Shown here piece by piece: positions 47,269 through 55,485 of a DNA stretch of 64,000 bases (position 1 is its first letter; every line of letters starts with the position of its first letter). The translations under genes and the position numbers were made by a program. This DNA comes from an uncultured virus (IMG/VR IMGVR_UViG_3300020814_000207). Its lineage: Duplodnaviria > Heunggongvirae > Uroviricota > Caudoviricetes. The notes under the pieces are model-generated. The model was not told where the DNA came from. It did not search any database and saw only the letters and a list, made by a program, of their open reading frames with translations. The stretch lies in IMG/VR virus record IMGVR_UViG_3300020814_000207, positions 1-64,000 of that record; one strand, given 5' to 3'.

Positions 47269-49956
47269 TCAACCCTCACAGTTGTGTGTTACGAAATGGT
47301 TCGCAACGAAACTGCGAGAGTTGGCATCACCCCCTTTCGGTGAAACGACTGCAAGGTCGTAAACTGGACCAGTGTAGTTGCTTTGCTTAACCGACTTGAC
47401 TTTAATTAGCAGATAATTCTTATGCTTCTTTCTGTGTTTACTATTTCTTTTTGGATTACACACCCCAATTGCATCAAAGATTTTTGCATTGTTGATTGGA
47501 CAAACCACCCATTTATCCTGAAGATCTTTCGCTTCCAAAAATACTAGCTCATTGTTTTCATTCATTGTCAAAACACGATGGTCGTGTGTGACTATAACCG
47601 GCTTATCATTCTCGTATGTTTTGATCTCAACAGTAGATGACGTATCATTAGTCTGTTTACACCAGTTGACTTTGACAACATCGCCATTCCCGTTTACGAT
47701 TTGGTCTCCGGACTTAATATCTGCTATTCGTTTGTGTGTGTAATCACTAAGTAATATTGGCGTATCTGGATGTAGACAGATGGAATATTGTACATACACA
47801 TCAAAGATATTGTATATGCTGGCAAGAACATCTCTACCAACAGAATGATTTGCATTTGGCGGATGTGCCGCTAGTTTACCGCATCTTCGACAGTGCGCCC
47901 ATTCTCCGGAGAAGAACGATGGATATGCAGTTCCACAAGCAGAGCATAGGTACGTCATCAATACCTTGTTGCCAACTTTGAACTTTTGTATTGCGTCACC
48001 GATATCATACCCTACATCCGGATAGCTGGTGTGTAGATACAGATACGTTTTCTTCGCAATATCTAGATGGGAACTTTTCTTTGACGAGCGTAGCCATTCA
48101 GCAAACGCTTCTATCAAGTCTACATACAGCTTGCGTTTTTGATTTCGCATCACCGTACCAATAATGAACGACGAAGGGTCTATCCCGTGTTTGGCTTTAT
48201 GCGCCCCTTTATCTGGAACGGGCTTGAATAGATCTAGTTCAGCACCAGGGGATGCCACGGCGGTTACTCTTATGTCATATTCCTTTTCAAGCAGATCTTT
48301 GCCCCATTGGGAATATGTCATTATCGCATCGCACTGCTTGTATGTGTCTACCCATAGCTTGCGTTGGGGTGCGCCGTCTATAGTCGGCATCCAAATGACC
48401 TTGAAGTTACTCCTAAGAGGGGATCTTAGTACGAACTCATCCATCCAAAAATCGCGAATTTGGCAATTATGGACAGCGAACCCCGTTACATAACTATTAT
48501 CTTCTTCGACTTCAAGATTATATACCTGTCCACGATACTGTGTTTTTCTAATTCTCCGCACGGGAAGTAATAAATAATTCTCATCAATCCAGCCTTTCCC
48601 CGCCTTATCTAAGTGTTTCGGATCATCGAGTATTCTTGTCGGCAATTCCTCGTGCTTTTGCACAATTCTATGCATATTGCGGGCGTGTCCACCATACGCA
48701 TCAATATCATACGACGGCCCAGTTCCAGGAACCAGCTTACTTCCTTTGTTTTTTCTGAATTTTATTGATGTTCTTACCCCTATCCGTAGGGATAATTGTC
48801 TGATTTGATGTGCCATGATTTTTGACACTGTAGTGGCTGATACAGTATCGTACTTGTATGTTCCGTCACCACGAATAAATCCAGTCAAAAATCCTTTAAC
48901 AATATCGCAATTATTGTTTTGATAGATACAATCAGGAACAACTTTATTGTGAGCGCCGCGGCCACATATCGATTCCATGAATTTGGACAATAATATAGAA
49001 CAAAATCGTACCGTTCTATTTCCACGATCCCTATTTGCTGTTGCAACACCAGTTAATCCGAACAACTCTTTTCCCAAAGATAATACGTCGTCCACAAATT
49101 TATTTTCATAGAAACCAAAACATAGTTCTATACTGCCTCGGTTAACACTTCCCTCAGCACAATAATATCCTAAGAATCTTGCTAAATCTTGCGTAATATC
49201 CAGTTGGCTTGGTAATGAAAAATCGGTACAATCCCTATGTCCAACAGGGTATAGTCTATTGTCTAGTTCAACAAATTGCGATAGGTGATTCTTCAGATTG
49301 ATGTTGTCTATTTTATGTCCACTATATATTGGAATAACAACATAATCATTTACCCCAACTTTAGATGCTGGTATAAACTCTGCATCTTTAGCAAAATGCC
49401 TTTGTCGAACATCTCGCTCTTTCCATGTACGCTTTTTACTCCTTATCACTAAAACAGGATGTTCGTTGGTGAGTCTATATGTTCTGTTGTCACCAAAAAT
49501 ATAGATATTAGAGATATCCCCAACGTGTTGCCTTCGCATGGTTTTGGTGACTCGCCTGGGAACCCCTTTGTGGCTAATAACATAATCACCAACTTTAATG
49601 TTTTCTATAGGCACAGGACCACGCGGCGTTTCAATATTTGTTCCTGGAGGAACGCAAACACAATCCGGTTTCCAATCTAACAGCACATCGCTAAATCTCC
49701 ATTCGCCAAACTGATTTGTTTGTCTCGAATGGTACGCCTGATTGGCTACTTGGTCATTGGGGTCTGGTGCGTTGGGGTAGAACTTCCATGGAACACATTG
49801 ATTTCTTGGATCTGAATCGCTAGCATACGACCCAAATTCCGCTACCTCGAACCTACCGGTTGCGTTAATGCGTTTAATAACTTCATTCCAGTATGTAGAA
49901 AAACCAGTAGCTAGATAGCTAGCTTCACCAACAAACAATAATCGTTTTTTACTCAT
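47269..49956 (-). CDS. GT4 glycosyltransferase, N-terminal and main part, with two inteins
   Basis: Extein motifs LATGFSTY, WMPTIDG, GTVMRNQKRKL, YLYLHT and IYNIFDVYVQYSI-CEG. Contains a CxxC...CxxC insert. Confidence 0.8.
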   Translation of the reverse strand: MSKKRLLFVGEASYLATGFSTYWNEVIKRINATGRFEVAEFGSYASDSDPRNQCVPWKFYPNAPDPNDQVANQAYHSRQTNQFGEWRFSDVLLDWKPDCVCVPPGTNIETPRGPVPIENIKVGDYVISHKGVPRRVTKTMRRQHVGDISNIYIFGDNRTYRLTNEHPVLVIRSKKRTWKERDVRQRHFAKDAEFIPASKVGVNDYVVIPIYSGHKIDNINLKNHLSQFVELDNRLYPVGHRDCTDFSLPSQLDITQDLARFLGYYCAEGSVNRGSIELCFGFYENKFVDDVLSLGKELFGLTGVATANRDRGNRTVRFCSILLSKFMESICGRGAHNKVVPDCIYQNNNCDIVKGFLTGFIRGDGTYKYDTVSATTVSKIMAHQIRQLSLRIGVRTSIKFRKNKGSKLVPGTGPSYDIDAYGGHARNMHRIVQKHEELPTRILDDPKHLDKAGKGWIDENYLLLPVRRIRKTQYRGQVYNLEVEEDNSYVTGFAVHNCQIRDFWMDEFVLRSPLRSNFKVIWMPTIDGAPQRKLWVDTYKQCDAIMTYSQWGKDLLEKEYDIRVTAVASPGAELDLFKPVPDKGAHKAKHGIDPSSFIIGTVMRNQKRKLYVDLIEAFAEWLRSSKKSSHLDIAKKTYLYLHTSYPDVGYDIGDAIQKFKVGNKVLMTYLCSACGTAYPSFFSGEWAHCRRCGKLAAHPPNANHSVGRDVLASIYNIFDVYVQYSICLHPDTPILLSDYTHKRIADIKSGDQIVNGNGDVVKVNWCKQTNDTSSTVEIKTYENDKPVIVTHDHRVLTMNENNELVFLEAKDLQDKWVVCPINNAKIFDAIGVCNPKRNSKHRKKHKNYLLIKVKSVKQSNYTGPVYDLAVVSPKGGDANSRSFVANHFVTHNCEG
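47281..47778 (-). mobile_element. Mini-intein (166 aa, no endonuclease)
   Basis: Begins CLHPDTPILL, has block B VTHDHRVL, and ends VYDLAV...SFVAN.FVTHN followed by Cys+1. Confidence 0.9.
48466..49656 (-). mobile_element. Intein with LAGLIDADG homing endonuclease (397 aa)
   Basis: Begins CVPPGTNIETPRG, has block B LTNEHPVL, LAGLIDADG helices FLGYYCAEG and FLTGFIRGDG, and ends VYNLEVEEDNSYV...VHN followed by Cys+1. Confidence 0.92.
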
Positions 49957-49976
49957 GCCCCAGTTATCTTTCTGAG

Positions 49977-50423
49977 TTAAAACGGAATAATGTCGCTATC
50001 GTAATCTCCGGAATCCACACTGTTTGATGTATCTTGCGGCTCTGGTTTATTAGGGACCGGTGTGTTGGGTTTGTCATTCTTGCTATTGGCATCTACCGTA
50101 TATACTCGGTCAACACTTTCTAGCAAAACCTTCATCTTAGTAATCGTGCCGTGATCCTTCGATTGATACGAATCGTCTGTGATTGTGCCTGTAACCAGCA
50201 AAAAGTCGCCTTTGTCAAAAGCAGACAATCGTTTAGCTAGCGAATTGAATGCACAAACGTCAAGAAACACCGTTTCCTTTTTACGATCTTCGCCCTGCTT
50301 ATAGTAGCGATTAAATGCGATTCTTGCATTCGTTACAACGGTCCCCTTGGTACCGATATTTCTGGACTCGGGTTTTGAAACCAAGTTACCACGACCGACA
50401 CACTGTAAGCCGTTTAGATTCAT
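49977..50423 (-). CDS. ssb: Single-stranded DNA-binding protein
   Basis: GNL...PE.R, IAFNR, FLDVCAF and KGD.LLVTG motifs, with an acidic tail ending DIIPF. Confidence 0.9.
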   Translation of the reverse strand: MNLNGLQCVGRGNLVSKPESRNIGTKGTVVTNARIAFNRYYKQGEDRKKETVFLDVCAFNSLAKRLSAFDKGDFLLVTGTITDDSYQSKDHGTITKMKVLLESVDRVYTVDANSKNDKPNTPVPNKPEPQDTSNSVDSGDYDSDIIPF

Positions 50424-50457
50424 AGTTCTGTCCTCCTATATTATAGTTTACAGCCAC

Positions 50458-52197
50458 TTATATCAACTTTTTCATGTCAGAGACAATAAAAGAACCATCT
50501 CTTTTTGTCCCCGTTACTAACACGATTAAATCCTCAGTACACAAATCTTTGTTTTTCTGATATGCGTCAGGGAATACAACGGCATGGTCGAGCGAATAAG
50601 TAGAGTCCGATAATGTTACGAAGCACATCGGGGAACCTGGATTCTTCCCCTTTTTCGTTTTTGTATGCTTAACCATATCTATGATTGCGCAAACCTTACA
50701 TTCTTCCCCGCTCAATGCCCTGGCAACATCCACACATGTATGGGTAGCCTGATCGCTACCAACGCCGTCTACAGGAGAGCAGGACAACGCGATACCAAGA
50801 AAGTACTTTTCAGCTTCGGCTTTGATTCTTGGCGTATCTTCGAAAACCATATCGAGTTGTTTGATCTTATCAAGTATTGCAGATCTCCTAGATGGAGAAA
50901 TTCGCATCTGTTCGCCTGGGTCATACCCAAGTTCCTTCAACATACAATTGAGTTCCGCTCGTTTCATTTTGCATATATCGTCTCGCTTAGCACCTTCGCT
51001 AAGCTCAAGTATAGTTTCAATAACCTGTTTTTTTGTCAACCTAGAAACAGGCACTATGTTCTGTATGTTCATCATTCCTTGTAACGTACTCACCGTGCTA
51101 CCAAATTTGTGGAAATTGGTAAAGAACCAATCCTTTTCTCGATCCGTTAATCCTTTGACATCTACTCTCTCCCCTTGTTCGTCCCGCACACTGGTGCCTA
51201 GTATTACTTGTAATTCAGCTATCATGCGAGATCTTGACAATCCATAGCAATCGCATGCACCGGATTTGATAAGGGCTTCCCCGACGTTTCTATGAAGTCC
51301 AGGTACCGCATCTAGGAACTTTGGCCATGTAGTTATCTGGCCAGCCTCAAGTATCCTATTGATTGCACCATCGCCAACACCACGAACATTAGCCAGACCA
51401 TACGCAATCCTACCATCAACTAGTCTAAACTCAGGATTTCCAAGCCTAATGTCTGGTGGAATAGTTTCTATCCCGAATAATCTGGCATCCTGTACTAGCT
51501 TGTATATCTCTTCTTTTTCATCACCCTTAAACTTGGCATACGTTAAATAGGACGCGTAGAACTCATGAGGGAGGTGAGCCTTGATCCACGCTGTCTGGTA
51601 GCCTAATGTGGCATAACTTATTGAGTGCGATAGATTAAATAAATATCTTTGCCCCTTTTCAATCCATCCGAATATTTCTTCTGCCACGGCCTTTGTGACA
51701 AGCCCCTTTTTAACCGCACCTTCTACGAATTCCGTCCTGGCTTTTGCCATTAAAACACTGTCTTTCTTCCCCAGGCTTTTTCTAAGCGAGTCGGCTTGTA
51801 TCAAAGAAAATCCAGCAATTTCAACGGCAATTTTCAAACTCTGTTCCTGGTATAGTAGGGCTGAGTATGTGGGTTCAAGAATCGGTTTTAAGACTGGGTG
51901 TAAATACTCTACTGGTTTTCTGCCGAATTTAACATCAACATAGTCCTGGCTCATATTCGATTCAAGAGGACCGGGGCGCAGAATCGAGATTAAATCCGAC
52001 AATTCACGAATACTCCTCGGTCTAACTTTTCTGGCCCAGTCTTGTCCAAGCTTTGTCTCTAACTGGAAAATGCCGGTTGTGTATCCACTACTGATTAGAT
52101 CCCACACGACCGGACAATCCAGCGGGATATTGCGTATGTCAAATCTACCTCGATCAATTGAACATTCACATCTATCAAACTTAATAGGTTCGGACAT
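50458..52197 (-). CDS. dnaE: DNA polymerase III alpha, C-terminal half (fingers, HhH, OB)
   Basis: IPLD...TTGIFQLE, ILRPGPL, LLYQEQ, YLFNLSHS.SY, GLANVRGVG and LIKSGACD motifs, plus an OB fold with MCFVTLSD. Confidence 0.9.
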   Translation of the reverse strand: MSEPIKFDRCECSIDRGRFDIRNIPLDCPVVWDLISSGYTTGIFQLETKLGQDWARKVRPRSIRELSDLISILRPGPLESNMSQDYVDVKFGRKPVEYLHPVLKPILEPTYSALLYQEQSLKIAVEIAGFSLIQADSLRKSLGKKDSVLMAKARTEFVEGAVKKGLVTKAVAEEIFGWIEKGQRYLFNLSHSISYATLGYQTAWIKAHLPHEFYASYLTYAKFKGDEKEEIYKLVQDARLFGIETIPPDIRLGNPEFRLVDGRIAYGLANVRGVGDGAINRILEAGQITTWPKFLDAVPGLHRNVGEALIKSGACDCYGLSRSRMIAELQVILGTSVRDEQGERVDVKGLTDREKDWFFTNFHKFGSTVSTLQGMMNIQNIVPVSRLTKKQVIETILELSEGAKRDDICKMKRAELNCMLKELGYDPGEQMRISPSRRSAILDKIKQLDMVFEDTPRIKAEAEKYFLGIALSCSPVDGVGSDQATHTCVDVARALSGEECKVCAIIDMVKHTKTKKGKNPGSPMCFVTLSDSTYSLDHAVVFPDAYQKNKDLCTEDLIVLVTGTKRDGSFIVSDMKKLI

Positions 52198-52762
52198 AGT
52201 TCAATATCTCCACTAGATCATTCCTAAAAACCTGTTCGTACTTACGACCGTGCTGCATGATGTAGCTAGGATGATAAATGGCCCTGGTCTTAATCCCTGT
52301 CTTCCAATGATCGTGCCATCTGTTCATTATAGACTGTAACGATTGGCTAGACGGAATACGTAGTATCGCTTGTGCCGCCACTTTGCCAACGCAAACAATT
52401 ACTTTCGGCTGGATGATGTCTAGCTGAGCATGTAGCCATTGCTGACACATCTCTATTTCGTCTGGCTTTGGTGTTCTATTCTTGGGTGGCCTACATCTTA
52501 TTGCGTTGGTTATGAAACACTGGGTGGTATCGAATCCAATATCTGACAGACACTTCCTAAAGTACTTTCCACACCTACCGGTAAACGGTATACCACAACT
52601 ATCCTCTTGTTCTCCGGGGGCCTCACCAATAAACATGATAGATGCTTCTGCGTTTCCATACCCACAAACAGGATTAGTTCTTTTGCGATGCAATTCGCAT
52701 TTTCTACATCCAACGATCTGTTCACAAAGACTTAGCAATAATTGCGTTTTAGTTAGGCTCAA
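52181..52762 (-). CDS. udg: Uracil-DNA glycosylase, family 4
   Basis: CRKCELH, GEAPG.QED..G.PF.G..G, RCRPP.NR.P and YHPSY motifs. TTG start at 52762 is preceded by GGAGGT. Confidence 0.9.
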   Translation of the reverse strand: MSLTKTQLLLSLCEQIVGCRKCELHRKRTNPVCGYGNAEASIMFIGEAPGEQEDSCGIPFTGRCGKYFRKCLSDIGFDTTQCFITNAIRCRPPKNRTPKPDEIEMCQQWLHAQLDIIQPKVIVCVGKVAAQAILRIPSSQSLQSIMNRWHDHWKTGIKTRAIYHPSYIMQHGRKYEQVFRNDLVEILNYVRTY

Positions 52763-53192
52763 GGACAAGTACCTCCATATCCAGATCATTGAGAGAACTA
52801 TGTATCATCGGCCATACCTCATTCCAGTCAAGGCCACCGCAACCACAACCAAGTGGCGGGATAACAATTGTCCTGATATCCATGTTTACCAGAAACTTGT
52901 ATAGCTCATTCAAGCCCTGTCTGACCCATGCATATCTTGAAGGGTTGCGCCAATGGTCTTTTGTCGCAATGTTAAAAACCCACTTCTTATCCGGAGACCT
53001 CCAAATCATTAGTTCTCCTGGTCTAAGCATGTTGTTGCGGCAGTATCTCTTGTATTGCGTCATTAATGCCGGGTATCTGAGTTTGAAGGCCAGGGCAACG
53101 CCCTTTCCCATTATACCAACACAGTTCACTGTGTTGACATAAGCATCAGCATCGACATCAAAGATATAATCAGCCTTAATCAATTTGACCAT
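52749..53192 (-). CDS. Macrodomain ADP-ribosyl glycohydrolase (DarG/TARG1-like)
   Basis: VNTVNCVGIMGKGVALAFK, TKDHWRNPS and IPPLGCGCGGLDW motifs. Confidence 0.88.
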   Translation of the reverse strand: MVKLIKADYIFDVDADAYVNTVNCVGIMGKGVALAFKLRYPALMTQYKRYCRNNMLRPGELMIWRSPDKKWVFNIATKDHWRNPSRYAWVRQGLNELYKFLVNMDIRTIVIPPLGCGCGGLDWNEVWPMIHSSLNDLDMEVLVLEPN

Positions 53193-55485
53193 CTACGGCT
53201 TCTCCGAAACTATCTATTTGTTGCACTTTCCCATTAACAAGGTTCATTGCATGCCAGATCTTATCTAGTGCCGTTACCCCAAGGAAATCGAACTTCACAC
53301 ACCCCATGGCTTCTGCCGCACCCATTTCTAGACCACATATTTGCGTCTTGCTTTTGGGATCATACATCATGGGAACAAGTTCTCTAATTGGTCGATCAGC
53401 TATAACGATTCCTGCCGCATGCTTACTTTGTGATTTCTTAGTGCCTTCAATTCGCATGGCCTGATCAAATAGCGGTTTGTACCACTTATATGCTTCTCTT
53501 ACTGGGTCGATATTATCAACTGCCCACTGGAGAATCCCATATGTATCATCTCCAGTTTCCTCTCTCATTTCTTGAAGTTCGTCCGCAATGGCCGCTTCGT
53601 CTGGGATATGACTGGTGATTTCGTTACACAGATCATGAGGTTTGATAATACACTTGTTCGGATCTTCGCCAAGTTTTGTGGCACGCACCTGCATTAGATG
53701 CTTGACCGTGTTTGGTTGTGCTCTGAAAACCTCTTTTAGAGCAGCCTTCCCCTGCAACCTGCCAAATGTGACAATTTGAGATACCTTTTCGCTACCCCAC
53801 TTTTCATTTAGATACTCGATAACCCGAGACCTGAATACAACGCCGATATCTGTGTCGATATCTGGCAAACTGATATGGGCATCTACTGTAGATACTGGGT
53901 GGCTTTCAATGTCGTCGGTTATACCAGCAGCATATGCTATCTGAGAATTGCTACCATTTGCACAATCTTTGTCCTCTAATCGACTTGCTATGTAACACCA
54001 CATCTTTGGGCTATTATCGTCTATCCACTTGGCCTCGCTCTTAATCATGGCCATATCGTATGAACGACGTTTTTTCTGCACGACAGAAGAGACTTGTTTT
54101 CGTGCTTGCGATATTTCGTCGCAAGTAACGATGTGGTCTAGGTCGGATAGCCATGCCATGAAATCTTTGGCCCCAACATTAAAGTGTGGTGGTATGTTAC
54201 GGCTATTGTTGTAGAATCTTTCAAAGTAAAGGCCATAAGTTATTGGGTCTATATCGGTGACGCCGATCAGGTAGTTAACTAGAGACCCCGCACCAGATCC
54301 ACGCCCCTTTCCCCTGGGGCCATCGTTTTGATCGACAAACTTACATACATCTGCGACAATCAGGAAGTAGTCCGCGAGTTTAGCTTCCTTGATTGTGTCT
54401 AATTCTACGTTAAGCCTATTCCAGTATTCCCGTTTTTTGTCGGTATCCAGATTACACAATTTTCGTTTAGCGCCATCTATGCACATGTCTCGAAGTAGTT
54501 CGTCAGATGTTTTATCTTGGGTTGTTGTGAATTTTGGTAGACATGGAGCACGACCAAGCTTTGGAGTATCACATCTATCTGCTATTTCTAACGATGTCTC
54601 GATTTCTTGCGGACTATAGTGTTGTGTCATTTCGTCGTATGAGAATATATAGAATTGATCAGAGCAGAAAAATTCCATAGTATCGCCACCCATGGCCTTG
54701 ATATTAGCTTGCTCTTCCTGGGTTGTGTGCATTTGCGCATAAAGCAATATGCGCTGATCGTCTGCGTCCTCTTTACACGCATAGTGACTATCTAATGTTG
54801 CCACCAACGGTATTCCAAGATTTTTACCAACATCTCGCAAACAATCTACGACAACTCGTTGTACGGCCATGCCCTCTTCTTGTAGTTCTATGTAATAGTT
54901 ATCTCTGCCGAACACATCAACATACTTATCCACAACCTCATTTGCAACATCCCTCCAGTTGTCTTTTAACAACAATCGCACCCTGTCTGTATCGTTTGTG
55001 ACATTGCTTATTTTACAAGCCTCTTTATGGTCGTTAAACAAGCAATGCGACAATTCTCCAACCAAACATCCGGATAAACAGATTAGGTTTCTATCACTAG
55101 TGAATCGTTTTAGAAACTCAAGATTAATCCTTGGCCTTCTGTAGAACCAATCGACCCTATTCATTTCACTGACAAGAGATATTAGTGTTTCTACTCCAGC
55201 TTGATTTTTCGCCAATACAGTAAGGTGAAAGTGCTGCCTATTAGTTTCGTCGCGTATTGATGGATCATGTCTGCATAGATACAACTCTATTCCAATTATA
55301 GATTTTACCCCACTTTTTTTGCCAGCCCTTTGGAAATCTACCATGCCGCATATGTTTCCGTGATCGGTCATTGCTATAGCAGGACAACCCAAATCTTTTG
55401 CCCTAGCAATTATTTTCTTAGGAGATGGTAATCCATCTAGCAATGAAAAGTGTGTGTGGTTATGGAGCGGGACGTATATTCCCAT
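53176..55485 (-). CDS. dnaE: DNA polymerase III alpha, N-terminal half (PHP and catalytic palm)
   Basis: LHNHTHFSLLDG, TDHG, DSHY, GRGSGAGSLV, FERF, LPDIDTD, KHAAGIVI and KFDFLG motifs. Confidence 0.92.
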   Translation of the reverse strand: MGIYVPLHNHTHFSLLDGLPSPKKIIARAKDLGCPAIAMTDHGNICGMVDFQRAGKKSGVKSIIGIELYLCRHDPSIRDETNRQHFHLTVLAKNQAGVETLISLVSEMNRVDWFYRRPRINLEFLKRFTSDRNLICLSGCLVGELSHCLFNDHKEACKISNVTNDTDRVRLLLKDNWRDVANEVVDKYVDVFGRDNYYIELQEEGMAVQRVVVDCLRDVGKNLGIPLVATLDSHYACKEDADDQRILLYAQMHTTQEEQANIKAMGGDTMEFFCSDQFYIFSYDEMTQHYSPQEIETSLEIADRCDTPKLGRAPCLPKFTTTQDKTSDELLRDMCIDGAKRKLCNLDTDKKREYWNRLNVELDTIKEAKLADYFLIVADVCKFVDQNDGPRGKGRGSGAGSLVNYLIGVTDIDPITYGLYFERFYNNSRNIPPHFNVGAKDFMAWLSDLDHIVTCDEISQARKQVSSVVQKKRRSYDMAMIKSEAKWIDDNSPKMWCYIASRLEDKDCANGSNSQIAYAAGITDDIESHPVSTVDAHISLPDIDTDIGVVFRSRVIEYLNEKWGSEKVSQIVTFGRLQGKAALKEVFRAQPNTVKHLMQVRATKLGEDPNKCIIKPHDLCNEITSHIPDEAAIADELQEMREETGDDTYGILQWAVDNIDPVREAYKWYKPLFDQAMRIEGTKKSQSKHAAGIVIADRPIRELVPMMYDPKSKTQICGLEMGAAEAMGCVKFDFLGVTALDKIWHAMNLVNGKVQQIDSFGEAVDGQID

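Noticed and set aside
47269..47271. Genome-wide TGA reassignment as the explanation for the in-frame stop
   Set aside because: TGA ends other genes normally (14392-14394 before an RBS; ATGA overlap at 20542-20545), and long ORFs are intact under the standard code. Reading TGA as an amino acid would still leave three extra residues in the motif.
50432..50466. Sigma70-like promoter upstream of ssb (TTGATA...TATAAT/TAATAT on the minus strand)
   Set aside because: Spacing is 15 nt to TATAAT or 17 nt to TAATAT, and the implied start would fall inside the AGGAGG RBS. Too ambiguous to call.
52150..53260. Split intein joining the two DnaE halves
   Set aside because: No Cys/Ser-initiated N-intein after KFDFLG and no HN-C/S/T terminus at the start of the C-half.
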